This document shows positions 41,680 through 51,008 of a stretch of DNA of 64,000 nt, piece after piece (the stretch's first letter is position 1; each line of letters opens with the position of its first letter). A model generated the notes under the pieces. It was not told the origin of the DNA, did not search any database, and worked only from the letters and a program-made list of their open reading frames with translations. The translations under genes and the position numbers were made by a program. This DNA comes from an uncultured delta proteobacterium (GTDB taxonomy: Bacteria > Myxococcota > Myxococcia > Myxococcales > Anaeromyxobacteraceae). The stretch lies in the NCBI GenBank assembly GCA_963845515.1, contig CAWJSR010000028.1, positions 128,001 through 192,000 of the forward strand. Reading direction: 5' to 3'.

Positions 41680-42696
41680 ATGGATTCGTTGTCACAACTG
41701 GCGCTGGGCGCCGCCGTCGGGGTGGCCGTCATGGGCCGGCGCACTGCCGTGTGGAAAGCCGCGCTGTGGGGCGGCGTGGCCGGCACGCTGCCCGACCTGG
41801 ACGTGTTGATCGACCACGGCGACCCGATCCGCAACATGGTGCTGCACCGTGCCGAAACACACGCATTGTTCTGGCTGACACTGTTCTCGCTGCCTTTTGC
41901 CGCGGCGGTGGCGCGGCTGCACGGCGAATGGGCGCTGTGGCGGCGCTGGTGGCTGGCGCTGTGGCTGGCGCTGGTGACGCACCCGCTGCTGGACGCGATG
42001 ACGGTGTACGGCACGCAACTCGCGCTGCCGTTCTCGAATCACCCCTTCGCGGTGGGCAGCGTGGCCATCATCGACCCGCTGTACACCTTGCCGCTGCTGT
42101 TCGGCGCCGGGTGGGCACTGGCCTCGCGTGGCAGCCGCCTGGGCCTGAAGGCCAACGTGGCCGGGCTGGTGCTCAGCACCGCCTACCTGGGCTGGGGCTT
42201 CGCCGCGCAGCAGCACGTGGAGCGCATTGCGCTTGCGTCGCTGGCATCACAGGACATCGCGGCCAAACGGGTGCTGGTGATGCCGACGGTCTTCAACTCG
42301 CTGCTGTGGCGCGTGCTCGTCGTAGACGATGACGATTCGAAATACCGCGAGGGCTTCTACTCGCTGTTCGATGCCGAGCCGCAGGTGCACTTCGACGCCT
42401 TCGACCGTGGTGCTGTGCTGGCCGCCGAGCTGAAAGGCATCGACGGCGTGCAACGCATTGCAGCTTTCAGCAAGGGCTTCTTCAAGCTGCAGGACGACGG
42501 TGGGCGCGTGCTGCTGAGCGACCTGCGCATGGGCCAGGAGCCGGCCTACCTGTTCACCTTCGCGGTGGCCGAAAGGCACAGCCCGCCCGTCGCGCTGGAC
42601 AAGCCCGTGCAGGTCGGCCGCCGCCCGGATATCGAACGCGGCCTGCCCTGGTTGTGGCAGCGCATGTGGGGCAACCTGCTGCCACCGCCGCGCTGA
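41680..42696 (+). CDS. Membrane-bound metal-dependent hydrolase (YdjM/LexA-binding family)
   Basis: MDSLSQ, LPDLD, HR..TH, THPLLDAMTVYGT, IIDPLYT. Confidence 0.88.
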   Translation: MDSLSQLALGAAVGVAVMGRRTAVWKAALWGGVAGTLPDLDVLIDHGDPIRNMVLHRAETHALFWLTLFSLPFAAAVARLHGEWALWRRWWLALWLALVTHPLLDAMTVYGTQLALPFSNHPFAVGSVAIIDPLYTLPLLFGAGWALASRGSRLGLKANVAGLVLSTAYLGWGFAAQQHVERIALASLASQDIAAKRVLVMPTVFNSLLWRVLVVDDDDSKYREGFYSLFDAEPQVHFDAFDRGAVLAAELKGIDGVQRIAAFSKGFFKLQDDGGRVLLSDLRMGQEPAYLFTFAVAERHSPPVALDKPVQVGRRPDIERGLPWLWQRMWGNLLPPPR

Positions 42697-42703
42697 CCGC
42701 CGC

Positions 42704-43429
42704 CTACGGCACGTACATGTAGCCGGCGTTGCGCACCGTGCGGATGCAGCGCGGCTCGCCCTGCGGGTCGGGCTCGACCTTGCGTCGCAGCCGGCCGATG
42801 CGGATGTCGATCGAGCGGTCGAACGGCTCCCACTCGCGGTTGCGCGTGTGCATCAGCAGCTGGTCGCGGGACAGCACGCGGTTCGGGTTGGCCAGGAACA
42901 CGCGGATCAGCTCGAACTCCATCGCCGTCATCGGCTGCTCGGTGCCGTCGGCGTCGAACAGGCGGCGCGAGTCCAGGTCGATCTGGCAGCGGCCGAAGGC
43001 GCGCTGCTGCGTGGCGGCCGGCGCGGGTGCGGCAGCGGCGGCTTCGGCCGGCGGGCGCGCCTGCAGCCGGCGCAGCACGCTCTTCACCCTTGCCAGCAGC
43101 TCACGCGGGTCGAAGGGCTTGGCGATGTAGTCGTCGGCACCGAGCTCCAGGCCGACGACCCGGTCGATGACGTCGGCCGAGGCCGTGACCATGATGATGC
43201 CCAGGTCGTAGTGCTCGCGCAGGTACCTGGCCAGCGTCAGCCCGTCTTCGCCCGGAAGGCGCAGGTCCAGCAGCACGGCGTCGGGCAGCTCGCGCTCCAG
43301 GCATTCGCGCATCTGCGCGCCGCTGCCGGCTTCGGCCACGGCGAACGCATGGTCCTCGAGATACTCGCGAAGCATGGCGCGCACGGAAGGATCGTCGTCG
43401 ACGACAAGCAGGCGGGTGCGCGTTTCCAT
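42704..43429 (-). CDS. OmpR-family response regulator
   Basis: VVDDD, LLDLRLPG, GADDYIAKPF, DRSIDIRIGRLRRK, IRTVRNAGY. Confidence 0.93.
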   Translation of the reverse strand: METRTRLLVVDDDPSVRAMLREYLEDHAFAVAEAGSGAQMRECLERELPDAVLLDLRLPGEDGLTLARYLREHYDLGIIMVTASADVIDRVVGLELGADDYIAKPFDPRELLARVKSVLRRLQARPPAEAAAAAPAPAATQQRAFGRCQIDLDSRRLFDADGTEQPMTAMEFELIRVFLANPNRVLSRDQLLMHTRNREWEPFDRSIDIRIGRLRRKVEPDPQGEPRCIRTVRNAGYMYVP

Positions 43430-43468
43430 GCGGCCATTCTGCCGCGCGCTAGGCCGCTGCGGTAGCCC

Positions 43469-43600
43469 CGGATACACCGCCGCGACAAAGCGGGCGTGCG
43501 CGTGCGGTGGCGGATACGCGGCGGTTGCATCGGCGCGCGCGATCGCAGCGCCGCGACAACCCGACTACACACCCGCGGCGGTGCGACGCATCGCCGATAC
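43469..43600 (+). promoter_or_regulatory. Array of GATAC/GACA half-sites between the response regulator and the ferritin-like gene
   Basis: cggatac at 43469 and 43511, ccgatac at 43594, gcgacaa at 43482 and 43553. Confidence 0.5.
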
Positions 43601-43731
43601 CCGCGCTGCCCAGACTGCCCCCCATGCCACGACGCCAGCGAACCCGCTGCAGCGCGGCAAGGGGCCCAGGCCCCGCGCGATGGCCCGGCAAACGACCAGG
43701 CCACCCCCCAACCCTTGACAGGAGTCTTCAC

Positions 43732-44704
43732 ATGATCACGAGCACCCCCCACACCGAGCGCTACGCCAAGGTCATCGAAGTGTCCAAGCGCGTGCGCTGG
43801 GAAATCGACCGCGACGTCATCCGCGGCCGCAGCTTCGACTACGGCAAGACCTTCCTGCCCGCGGGTCTGTCGCTGGTCGACGAGCTGGCCTTCCTGAACA
43901 CCGCCGACCAGCGCCTGCTGAGCCAGGTGCAGGGCCGCACCTATGCCTACATCTTCGGCCTGGTCGAGCGCTTCATCGCCGCCAAGGTGATGGAGGTGAG
44001 CCGCGCCACATGCGCTGGCGACCAGGTGGCGCTGGAAGCGCTGGTGCGCATGACCGACGAGGAACTGAAGCACCAGGCGCTGTTCCGCCGCCTCGAAACC
44101 ATGATGGCCGCCGACATGCCGGCAGGCTACGTGATGACCGCCGATGCCAATGCCGTGGCCGCAGGCCGTGCTGGCGCATGAGCCACCTGGGCGGTGCTGG
44201 CGCTGACGCTGGACATCGAGCTGTTCACGCAGGCGCACTACCGCGCCAGCATCGAACCCGACGTCAACCTGTCGCCGCTGTGGAAGGACGTGTTCCTGTT
44301 CCACTGGCGCGAGGAGTCGCAGCACGCCATCCTGGACGAGATCGAGCTGATCGCGGAAGACGCCAAGCTGAGCACGGCGCAGCGCGACGCCGCGGTCGAC
44401 GACCTGATCGCACTGGTCGGCGCGGTGGACGGCATCCTGCAGGCGCAGGCCGCGGCCGATGCCGCTTACTTCATCGGCATCGTCGGCACGCGCCTTCAGC
44501 GATGGACAGAAGCAGCAGATCCACGACACGGTGCTGAAGGCCTACCGCTGGCAGTACATCGTCTCCGGCGTGATGGAAGCGCGCTTCCAGAAGGTGCTGT
44601 TCGCGCTGGTTGACGAGGCGCAGGGCGCGCGCATCCAGGCGGCGCTGGCACCGCTGAGCTACGCCGTGCCGCAGCAGAAGGCGCCGCTGCCGATGGCCGC
44701 CTGA
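43732..44704 (+). CDS. Ferritin-like (diiron four-helix) hypothetical protein (frameshifts at ~44170 and ~44500)
   Basis: LVERFI, DEELKH, IELFTQAHY, REESQH: E/ExxH ligand pattern. Confidence 0.72.
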
Positions 44705-44762
44705 ACCCCAGGGCCGGGCCGCGCACCGGCCGGCCCGCCCTCACCCCAACGGGAGAAACACC

Positions 44763-45017
44763 ATGAGCACTTCGGTCCAGACCCTTCATGCCCCCACCGC
44801 ATTGCAGCGCTTCGTCCATGGCCTGGTCGCTGCATTGCGTTCCACCGCCGCCGCCTGGCAGCGCATCCGCCGGCGTCGCGCCATGCTGCGCGAGCTGGAG
44901 TCGCTGGATGACCACATGCTGCGCGACATCGGCGTGCACCGCAGCGAAGTGTCGTCGCTGGTCGCCGAGCTGATTGGCGCCGCGCCGGCCACGCGCCGCG
45001 CGGCGATGTGGCCCTGA
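44763..45017 (+). CDS. DUF1127 small protein
   Basis: RRRAMLRELESLDDHMLRDIGVHR. Confidence 0.85.
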   Translation: MSTSVQTLHAPTALQRFVHGLVAALRSTAAAWQRIRRRRAMLRELESLDDHMLRDIGVHRSEVSSLVAELIGAAPATRRAAMWP

Positions 45018-45053
45018 GGCTCGATCCTGCGGCCTGGGTCCGCAATGGACCCG

Positions 45054-45419
45054 CTATCGACCCGGCCCAGCTCGGCCGGGGTGGCGGTCATGGCGATTCG
45101 GGATGCCATCGCCATCACGGTCCCACCGTGGGTTGTAGAGCCGGTCGTGGCGGTTGGGGATGCCGTCGCCGTCGCGGTCCCAGCGGGTCATTCGCAGGTC
45201 CGCCCGTCGCGCATGCACTGCCGCGGGCGGTGCCCATACCCTGGCACCCGGCCGGTAGACCGGCAAGGGCTGCACGACCACCGGGACAGGCCGGGTGTAG
45301 ACCGGCGTGCCGATCACGATGGACCACTGCAAGTCCGCATTGCCTGCCTGCGCCGCACCGCCACCCAGCGCGCCGACCAAGGCCAGGGTGGCGGCGATCA
45401 ACATCCTGCTCCTGCTCAT
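45054..45419 (-). CDS. Small secreted protein with tandem DRDGDGIPNRHDR repeats
   Basis: Signal peptide, Pro/Val-rich segment, two WDRDGDGIPNRHDR copies. Confidence 0.7.
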   Translation of the reverse strand: MSRSRMLIAATLALVGALGGGAAQAGNADLQWSIVIGTPVYTRPVPVVVQPLPVYRPGARVWAPPAAVHARRADLRMTRWDRDGDGIPNRHDRLYNPRWDRDGDGIPNRHDRHPGRAGPGR

Positions 45420-45507
45420 GCAACTCTCCGTGGACCCGGCCTTCATCGGCCGTGGCTGCACAACGGGCGGATGCATCGCCGCGCTGACTGCAAATCTTTG
45501 CGCCCGT

Positions 45508-45522
45508 GTGAAGCCATGTAAA
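45508..45522. promoter_or_regulatory. Possible CpxR-like box
   Basis: GTGAA-GCCAT-GTAAA upstream of the 45419 gene. Confidence 0.3.
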
Positions 45523-45534
45523 GCCGACCGGCAA

Positions 45535-46527
45535 TCACCCGATCACCCGATCGGCCTGCAGCCGCAGGTCCTGCGGAAAGCTCAGGCGCAACGCCTGCGC
45601 CGTCTTCAGGTTGAGCACCAGTTCGAAGCGCGTCGGTTGTTCGACCGGCAGCGTGGCGGGGTCGGCGCCCTTCAGCAGCCGATCGACGTGGCGGGCGCTC
45701 TGCCTCGCACTGTCACCCAGGTTCTCGCCATAGCTCATCAGGCCGCCTGACTCGGCGAACTCGCTCGCGCCAAACAGCGCCGGCAGCCGGTACTGCGCCG
45801 CCAGCGCCACGAGTTGAGCACGGTTGATGACGCTGATCGGATCGTCGGGCAACATGAACACGCCGCGGGCGCCGGCCGCTGACAGCCGCGCAAAGGCGCC
45901 CGGCAGATCCTCGCCATGCGGATTCTCGGCGCTGCGCAGCTCGACACGGCGTACGTCCACCTTCAGCGCCATCGCGGCCTGGGCCGCCTCGCGCCACAGC
46001 GGCTCGTGCGCGATGTTGTTGACGTTGACCAGAACGGCAATGGGCTCGGCGCGCGGCGCCGCGCGCCGGTACAGGCTCAGCATCTTCGCCACGATCTCGT
46101 TCGACTGGCTGGACCGGCCGGTGATGTTGGTGCCGGGCTGGGCCAGCGACTTGACGAAGGCCGAGCCCACCGGGTCGGCCACCGCGACCATGACGATGGG
46201 GATGCGCTGCGTCGCGCTGCGCGCGGCCCGCGTCGACGGCGTGCAGGTGGTCACGATGACATCGAAGTCGCGCGCAACAAAGTCCTGGGCAAAGCCCGGC
46301 AAGCGGCTCACCTGGCTGTCGGCATAGCGCCGCTCCAGCAGCAGGTTGCGTCCTTCCACGTAGCCGAGTTCGTTGAGCCCTTGCGCCAACTGTCGATCGA
46401 CGTCGTCGCGCTGCTCGGACGAGCCCAGCACGAGCACGCCCACCCGGGCGGGCGAGCCGCCCTGTGCCAGCGCCGGGCGCAGGGCCAGGGCCGCGGCCAG
46501 GCCCGCGAACCTCCGGCGTGTCAGCAT
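45535..46527 (-). CDS. ABC substrate-binding-like protein (orphan)
   Basis: Tat-like TRRRF; LGYVEGRNL, DPVGS.FVKSLAQPGTNITG, GGLMSYG, LPVEQPTRFELVLNLKTA. Confidence 0.85.
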   Translation of the reverse strand: MLTRRRFAGLAAALALRPALAQGGSPARVGVLVLGSSEQRDDVDRQLAQGLNELGYVEGRNLLLERRYADSQVSRLPGFAQDFVARDFDVIVTTCTPSTRAARSATQRIPIVMVAVADPVGSAFVKSLAQPGTNITGRSSQSNEIVAKMLSLYRRAAPRAEPIAVLVNVNNIAHEPLWREAAQAAMALKVDVRRVELRSAENPHGEDLPGAFARLSAAGARGVFMLPDDPISVINRAQLVALAAQYRLPALFGASEFAESGGLMSYGENLGDSARQSARHVDRLLKGADPATLPVEQPTRFELVLNLKTAQALRLSFPQDLRLQADRVIG

Positions 46528-47333
46528 GTCACGCGCAACGTCTGCTCGAACGCCACCAGGTCTTCGGCAAAGCGGCGCGGCTGCTCCCAGTGCAGCGCAT
46601 GGCCGACACCGGTGTAGACCACCCGTGTGGCCCGCGGCAGTTGCCGCTGCAGCCGCTGCTGGTCCGACTCCGGCGAGAAGACATCGGCATCGCCCCAGGG
46701 CAGCAGCACCGGCACCTCGATCTTGTGCAGCTCGGTGCTGAAGTCGTCGTCCAGCAGCGCAGCAAAGGCACCGCGCCAGGTGGCCGCCGGCGTGCGCAGG
46801 CACTCGTCGACCATCGTCTCCAACAACCCCGGCGCCACCGGGCCGGCCAGGGTGTCGCGCTGGAAGGACTTGGCCAGCTCGCGCGGCACCTGCTCGCCCA
46901 GCGTCAGCATCTGGCCCTGGACGAAATCGACCAGTTCCGGCTTGTCGGAGAAGCTGGCGAAGCCGCCCGCGGCGACCACGCCGCGAACCACGGCCGGGTG
47001 GTCGATGGCCAAACGCATCGCGTTGACCGCGCCCATCGAGTGGCCGACCACCAGCACCGGCGGCAGCCCCAGCGTCCCGATCAGCGCGGCAGCGTCGGCC
47101 GCGAAGTCGCGCGTGCGGTAGGTGGCGGCTGTGGACGAGCCGCCGTGGCCGCGCTGCGTCATCGAGATCACGTGCCAGTCCGGCGGCAGCCAGGGCAGCA
47201 CCGGCTCGAACGAGCGCCAGGTGTCGGTGATGCCGTGCAGCAGCAGCAGCGATGGTCCGCCACGCCGGCCCTGCTCGGCGTATTCGATGCTCAGGCCGTT
47301 GGGCAGTCGGGCGTGGTGCAAGGTGGTTGGCAT
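46521..47333 (-). CDS. Alpha/beta hydrolase
   Basis: LLHG, QRGHG, GHSMG, GH.LHWE.P. Confidence 0.88.
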   Translation of the reverse strand: MPTTLHHARLPNGLSIEYAEQGRRGGPSLLLLHGITDTWRSFEPVLPWLPPDWHVISMTQRGHGGSSTAATYRTRDFAADAAALIGTLGLPPVLVVGHSMGAVNAMRLAIDHPAVVRGVVAAGGFASFSDKPELVDFVQGQMLTLGEQVPRELAKSFQRDTLAGPVAPGLLETMVDECLRTPAATWRGAFAALLDDDFSTELHKIEVPVLLPWGDADVFSPESDQQRLQRQLPRATRVVYTGVGHALHWEQPRRFAEDLVAFEQTLRVTC

Positions 47334-47347
47334 GAGAGGCTCCCGGT

Positions 47348-48625
47348 TCAAGTGCGGACGAAGGCCCGTTCGCGACGCAGCGCGTCGGCCAGCGGGGTGT
47401 CGCCGGCGCGTTCGGCGGCGGCGATCAGCGTCAGGTCCATCACGTCGCGCTGCGCGTGGCTGCCGCCGAAGCGGGCCGCGTCGCGGCGCACGCGGCGCAG
47501 CGCTTCAGCGGCCTCGGCATGGCGGCCCAGTGCGAACTGGTGGATCGCCTGCGTCGCGCCCAGGCCGACATCCTTCAGGAAGCCGACGTTGTCGTCGCCG
47601 GCGCCCAGCGCCTGCTGCTGCGCGTCGAGCAGCCGCGCGGCATCGCCGCATGCGGTCGGCGCCGACGAAGGCCATCATCGCGTGCAGGTCGTTGAAGGCG
47701 TAGTTGCTGGCGCCGCCGACGGCTGCCCAGCGCGCGGCCAGCGCGTCCCAGCGGTCGCCGACATTCGACGCCGCGCAACTGCAGCCGCCACAGCAGCGCC
47801 GACGCGTCGACCATGTCCAGCACCACCGGCGAGGCGCTGCCCAGCATCGCGCTCGTCGAGCAGCGCCATCACCTCGTCGATCTGGTCCAGCCCCAGGTGG
47901 AACAGCGCCAGGTGCCACCAGTTGTGGACGGCGAAGAAGCTGCCCTCGCTCCAGGCCGGCTGGTCCTGCGTCATCCAGACGATGCCGTCGCGGCGCCGGT
48001 CCTGCATCTCCAGCACGTGGGCCACCGCGTGCCAGCCCCAGCCGTCGCGCGGCTCGAGCTCGACGCTGCGCCGGCCGAACTTCTCGGCCCGCGCGTAGTC
48101 GGCCGTCTCCTCCAGGCCGAAGGCCAGCATGCCCAGCACCGCGTGATGGCCCGGCATGCCGGAGCGCCAGTGCGGCATCGGCGCGCGCGATGCGGTCGCG
48201 CAGCATGCGCGAGTGGCCGGTGAAGAAGTCGATCTGGTGGCCGACCTGCAGCGCCAGCAGGTCGTGCGGGTGGCGCGATGCTCAGGTCTTCCAGGATGCG
48301 GCCGGCGCGCGTGCCACTGGCCGTGGGCCAACGCGCCGGCCGCGGCGACGTGCACGGCCTCGCGCTCGGTGGCCGGGCAGCGCGCGGCAGCCGCATGGGC
48401 CTCGCGCGCGGCCGGCAGGCCGGCCGGCTCGGTGCCCAGCAGGTTCAGGTAGGCCACCAGCACATGCGCCATCGTCATGTCGGGTGCGCGCGCCAGCGCG
48501 GCCTGGGCCTCGGCCAGCGGGTCATTGAGGTAGCAGCGCAGCAGCGCGCAGGCGGTGTCGTAGTGTTCGGTGGCCTGGGCATCGGCGCCGCTGAGCGGAT
48601 GGCCGTGCATGTCCTTGATGGTCAT
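47348..48625 (-). CDS. TTC38-like TPR protein, paralog 1 (several frameshifts)
   Basis: GMLAFGLEE, WGWHAVAHVLEMQ, HNWWHLALF, DASALLWRL, FNDLHA, GGSHAQRD. Confidence 0.82.
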
Positions 48626-48733
48626 GGCGAGTCCTCGTGAAGCTTCGGGTGGAGTCAGTGTGGCTGGCGGGTGTCTGCTGGGCGTGCCCCCGTGCAGCCG
48701 CGTCCATGCCGGGCTGCAGTCTGTGCAGGAGCG

Positions 48734-48783
48734 GTATCGGTCGTTTGTCAGCGTGGCACGGGTTTGTATCGGCAACGTATTCG
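48734..48783 (-). promoter_or_regulatory. 11-bp-spaced GATAC/GACA repeats upstream of the TTC38-like operon
   Basis: gtatcgg 48734, ttgtcag 48745, gtatcgg 48766, gtattcg 48777. Confidence 0.5.
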
Positions 48784-48869
48784 CCGCTTTCCGCCGCGCC
48801 CGGCCGCAACACTTTCACCAAGGCCTGCAAAAGTCAAATCGACGGCACTGGCGCAAAATCGCCACTGCC

Positions 48870-49580
48870 ATGGACCCGATGAATTCGTCCCACGCCGATA
48901 CAGCGATTTCCGTGCGCGCCTACCGCGGCGAATACGGAACGCATCGCCACGCGCATGCCCAGGTGTTGGTCGGCTTCAGAGGCAGCCTGCAGCTGGAAGT
49001 GGAGGGTCGCCCCGCATTTGTCGATCCGTCCTGCGGGCTGGTCATTCCCGCCGGCGCCGGGCACGGCTACCTGGCCGAGACGCCCGCGGAAGTGATGGTG
49101 CTGGACTGCGATGCCGCCAGGGCCACCGAGCGCCTGCGGCGTTTTGCGCTGCCGTCGCGGTGGCCGTCGGAAGCGGCTGCATGGACTGCCGAGCGGCTGC
49201 TGCTCGAGCTGCTCGGCGCGCCGACCTTGCAGACGCGCCGGCGCCTCGACCTGGCGGCGCTGGCCCAGCGCGTCGATGCCGAACTGCATCGTGACTGGAC
49301 GGTGGCGGCGCTGGCGAATCTCTGCCGATTCAGCCCGCAGCGCTTTCGCGCCCGCTTCGCCGAACTGACCGGCCTGTCGCCGCTGGCCTGGGTGCGGCAG
49401 CGCCGTCTCGACGAAGCCCAGCGCCAGCTCCGTGCGGGCTTGCCGCTGGACACGGTCGCCCTGCAGGTCGGCTATGCCAGCGCCAGCGCGCTGTGCTTTG
49501 CGCTGCGCCGCGAGCGCGGCATCGGCGCACGACAGCTGCGTGCGCGGGCCGACCCAGTTCGAGCGTCTCTCGACATTTGA
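48870..49580 (+). CDS. AraC-family regulator with N-terminal cupin domain
   Basis: HRHAHAQV; WTVAALA, F...TGLSP..WV..RRL, VALQVGY.S.SAL. Confidence 0.88.
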   Translation: MDPMNSSHADTAISVRAYRGEYGTHRHAHAQVLVGFRGSLQLEVEGRPAFVDPSCGLVIPAGAGHGYLAETPAEVMVLDCDAARATERLRRFALPSRWPSEAAAWTAERLLLELLGAPTLQTRRRLDLAALAQRVDAELHRDWTVAALANLCRFSPQRFRARFAELTGLSPLAWVRQRRLDEAQRQLRAGLPLDTVALQVGYASASALCFALRRERGIGARQLRARADPVRASLDI

Positions 49581-49609
49581 TCGCCGCGGCGGGGTCGATG
49601 ATCCCGCCG

Positions 49610-50599
49610 ATGAACCCGAACCCCCTCCTCGGTGTGCTTTTGGTCCTCGGCGCGGCGACGCTGTGGGGCACGACCGGCACCGCACGATCGCTGGCGGACG
49701 GGTCGCTCTCGGCCTACTGGTTCGGCGCATTGCGGCTGGCGACGGCGAGTGCGTTCTTCGCCATGTGCGCGGCCGCGTCACGGCCACCGACCGGTGCGCC
49801 TTCGCCGGGCAAGCCGGCCACGCGCCACGTGTTGGGTGCCGGCCTGTGCATGGCCGTCTACAACCTGGCCTTCTTCGCCGGCATCGGCAAGATCGGCGTG
49901 GCGCTCGGCACCGCCCTTGCGCTGGGCAGCGGCCCCATCTGGGCCGGTCTGCTGCAGGCGGCGCTGCATCGGCAACGGCCGTCAGCGGCCTGGTGGATGG
50001 GCACCCTGGTCGCCGTGGGTGGCGGCGTGCTGATGACGCTGGGCGGTGCCCGGCAGGCGGCGGGCGTTGATGCCGTCGGCATCCTGCTGTGCCTGCTGTC
50101 GGGCTTGTCGTATGCCGCCTACACGCTGCTCAACGAGCGCATGGCGCATGCCGCAGCGGCTTCGACGATCACCCTAGGGGCGTTCAGCGTCGCCGCCGCG
50201 GTTGCGTTGCCGGTGGCGTGGTGGACGACAGGCGCCCCCACCTTCACGGGCGCCGACCTGGCCGCGGTGGCCTACACCGGTGTTGTCACCGCGGGCCTGC
50301 CGTACCTGCTCTTCAGCCACGCCCTGCGCCACATCACGCCCGCCACGGGCGTGACCCTGGCCTTGGGCGAGCCGGTGGTCGCATTCGCGCTGTCGGTCGC
50401 GGTGCTGGGGGACAGGCCGACGGCACTGGCCTACCTCGGACTGCTGCTCGTGGTCTTCGGCGTGCTGGGCGTCGTGCGGCAGGAGCTGGCAAGCCAGCGG
50501 TCATCGACCGGATCGCGGACGGCTGTATCGCCGAGGCACGGGCCGAGTGGCAAAACCTCGCGGGCTTTGAGGCAGCCTGGCCACCACGGTGCGGCCTGA
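49610..50599 (+). CDS. DMT/EamA-family transporter
   Basis: LWGTTGTA, about ten hydrophobic segments, LGEPVVA. Confidence 0.85.
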   Translation: MNPNPLLGVLLVLGAATLWGTTGTARSLADGSLSAYWFGALRLATASAFFAMCAAASRPPTGAPSPGKPATRHVLGAGLCMAVYNLAFFAGIGKIGVALGTALALGSGPIWAGLLQAALHRQRPSAAWWMGTLVAVGGGVLMTLGGARQAAGVDAVGILLCLLSGLSYAAYTLLNERMAHAAAASTITLGAFSVAAAVALPVAWWTTGAPTFTGADLAAVAYTGVVTAGLPYLLFSHALRHITPATGVTLALGEPVVAFALSVAVLGDRPTALAYLGLLLVVFGVLGVVRQELASQRSSTGSRTAVSPRHGPSGKTSRALRQPGHHGAA

Positions 50600-50779
50600 A
50601 CATGCTCGGCAATCCCATCGTGTCGTCTCGGCGTGGCCTCAAACGACTTCGCGTTCAAAATCATAAAAGTTGGTTGCCCGGTTCATCGCCTGCAAGCGGC
50701 GCCTTGCAGGCGTACGACCTTACGAATTGGTGGACGGCAACGCAGCGCATGGAACGATTTCTCTGGTGGCTGCCGATAG

Positions 50780-50977
50780 CTTCCGGACACCTTCGTTCTG
50801 CAGTTCACCGCCAGCCCCTCCGGTGGACTCGTCTTCAATGCCGTCGCGACGGTGACCTACGTCTACGAGGAACGGGCGGCGGTCCCCGAACCGAGCACTC
50901 TGGCCGGAGTGGCCATGGGCCTGATGGCCTTGACCGCCACCGCGCGCCGGCGCGGCGGGTCTGGCCGCAAGGGCTGA
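50780..50977 (+). pseudogene. Start-less PEP-CTERM-bearing fragment not in the ORF track
   Basis: After TAG at 50777: LPDTFVLQF...VTYVYEERAAVPEPSTLAGVAMGLMALTATARRR...*. Confidence 0.7.
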
Positions 50978-51008
50978 CGGCCCATGACGTCGGCCGCAGA
51001 GCCGCCGG

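Noticed and set aside
50777..50779. Amber read-through (pyrrolysine or recoding) extending the PEP-CTERM fragment
   Set aside because: No pyl genes, a betaproteobacterial context, and no convincing protein in the upstream frame
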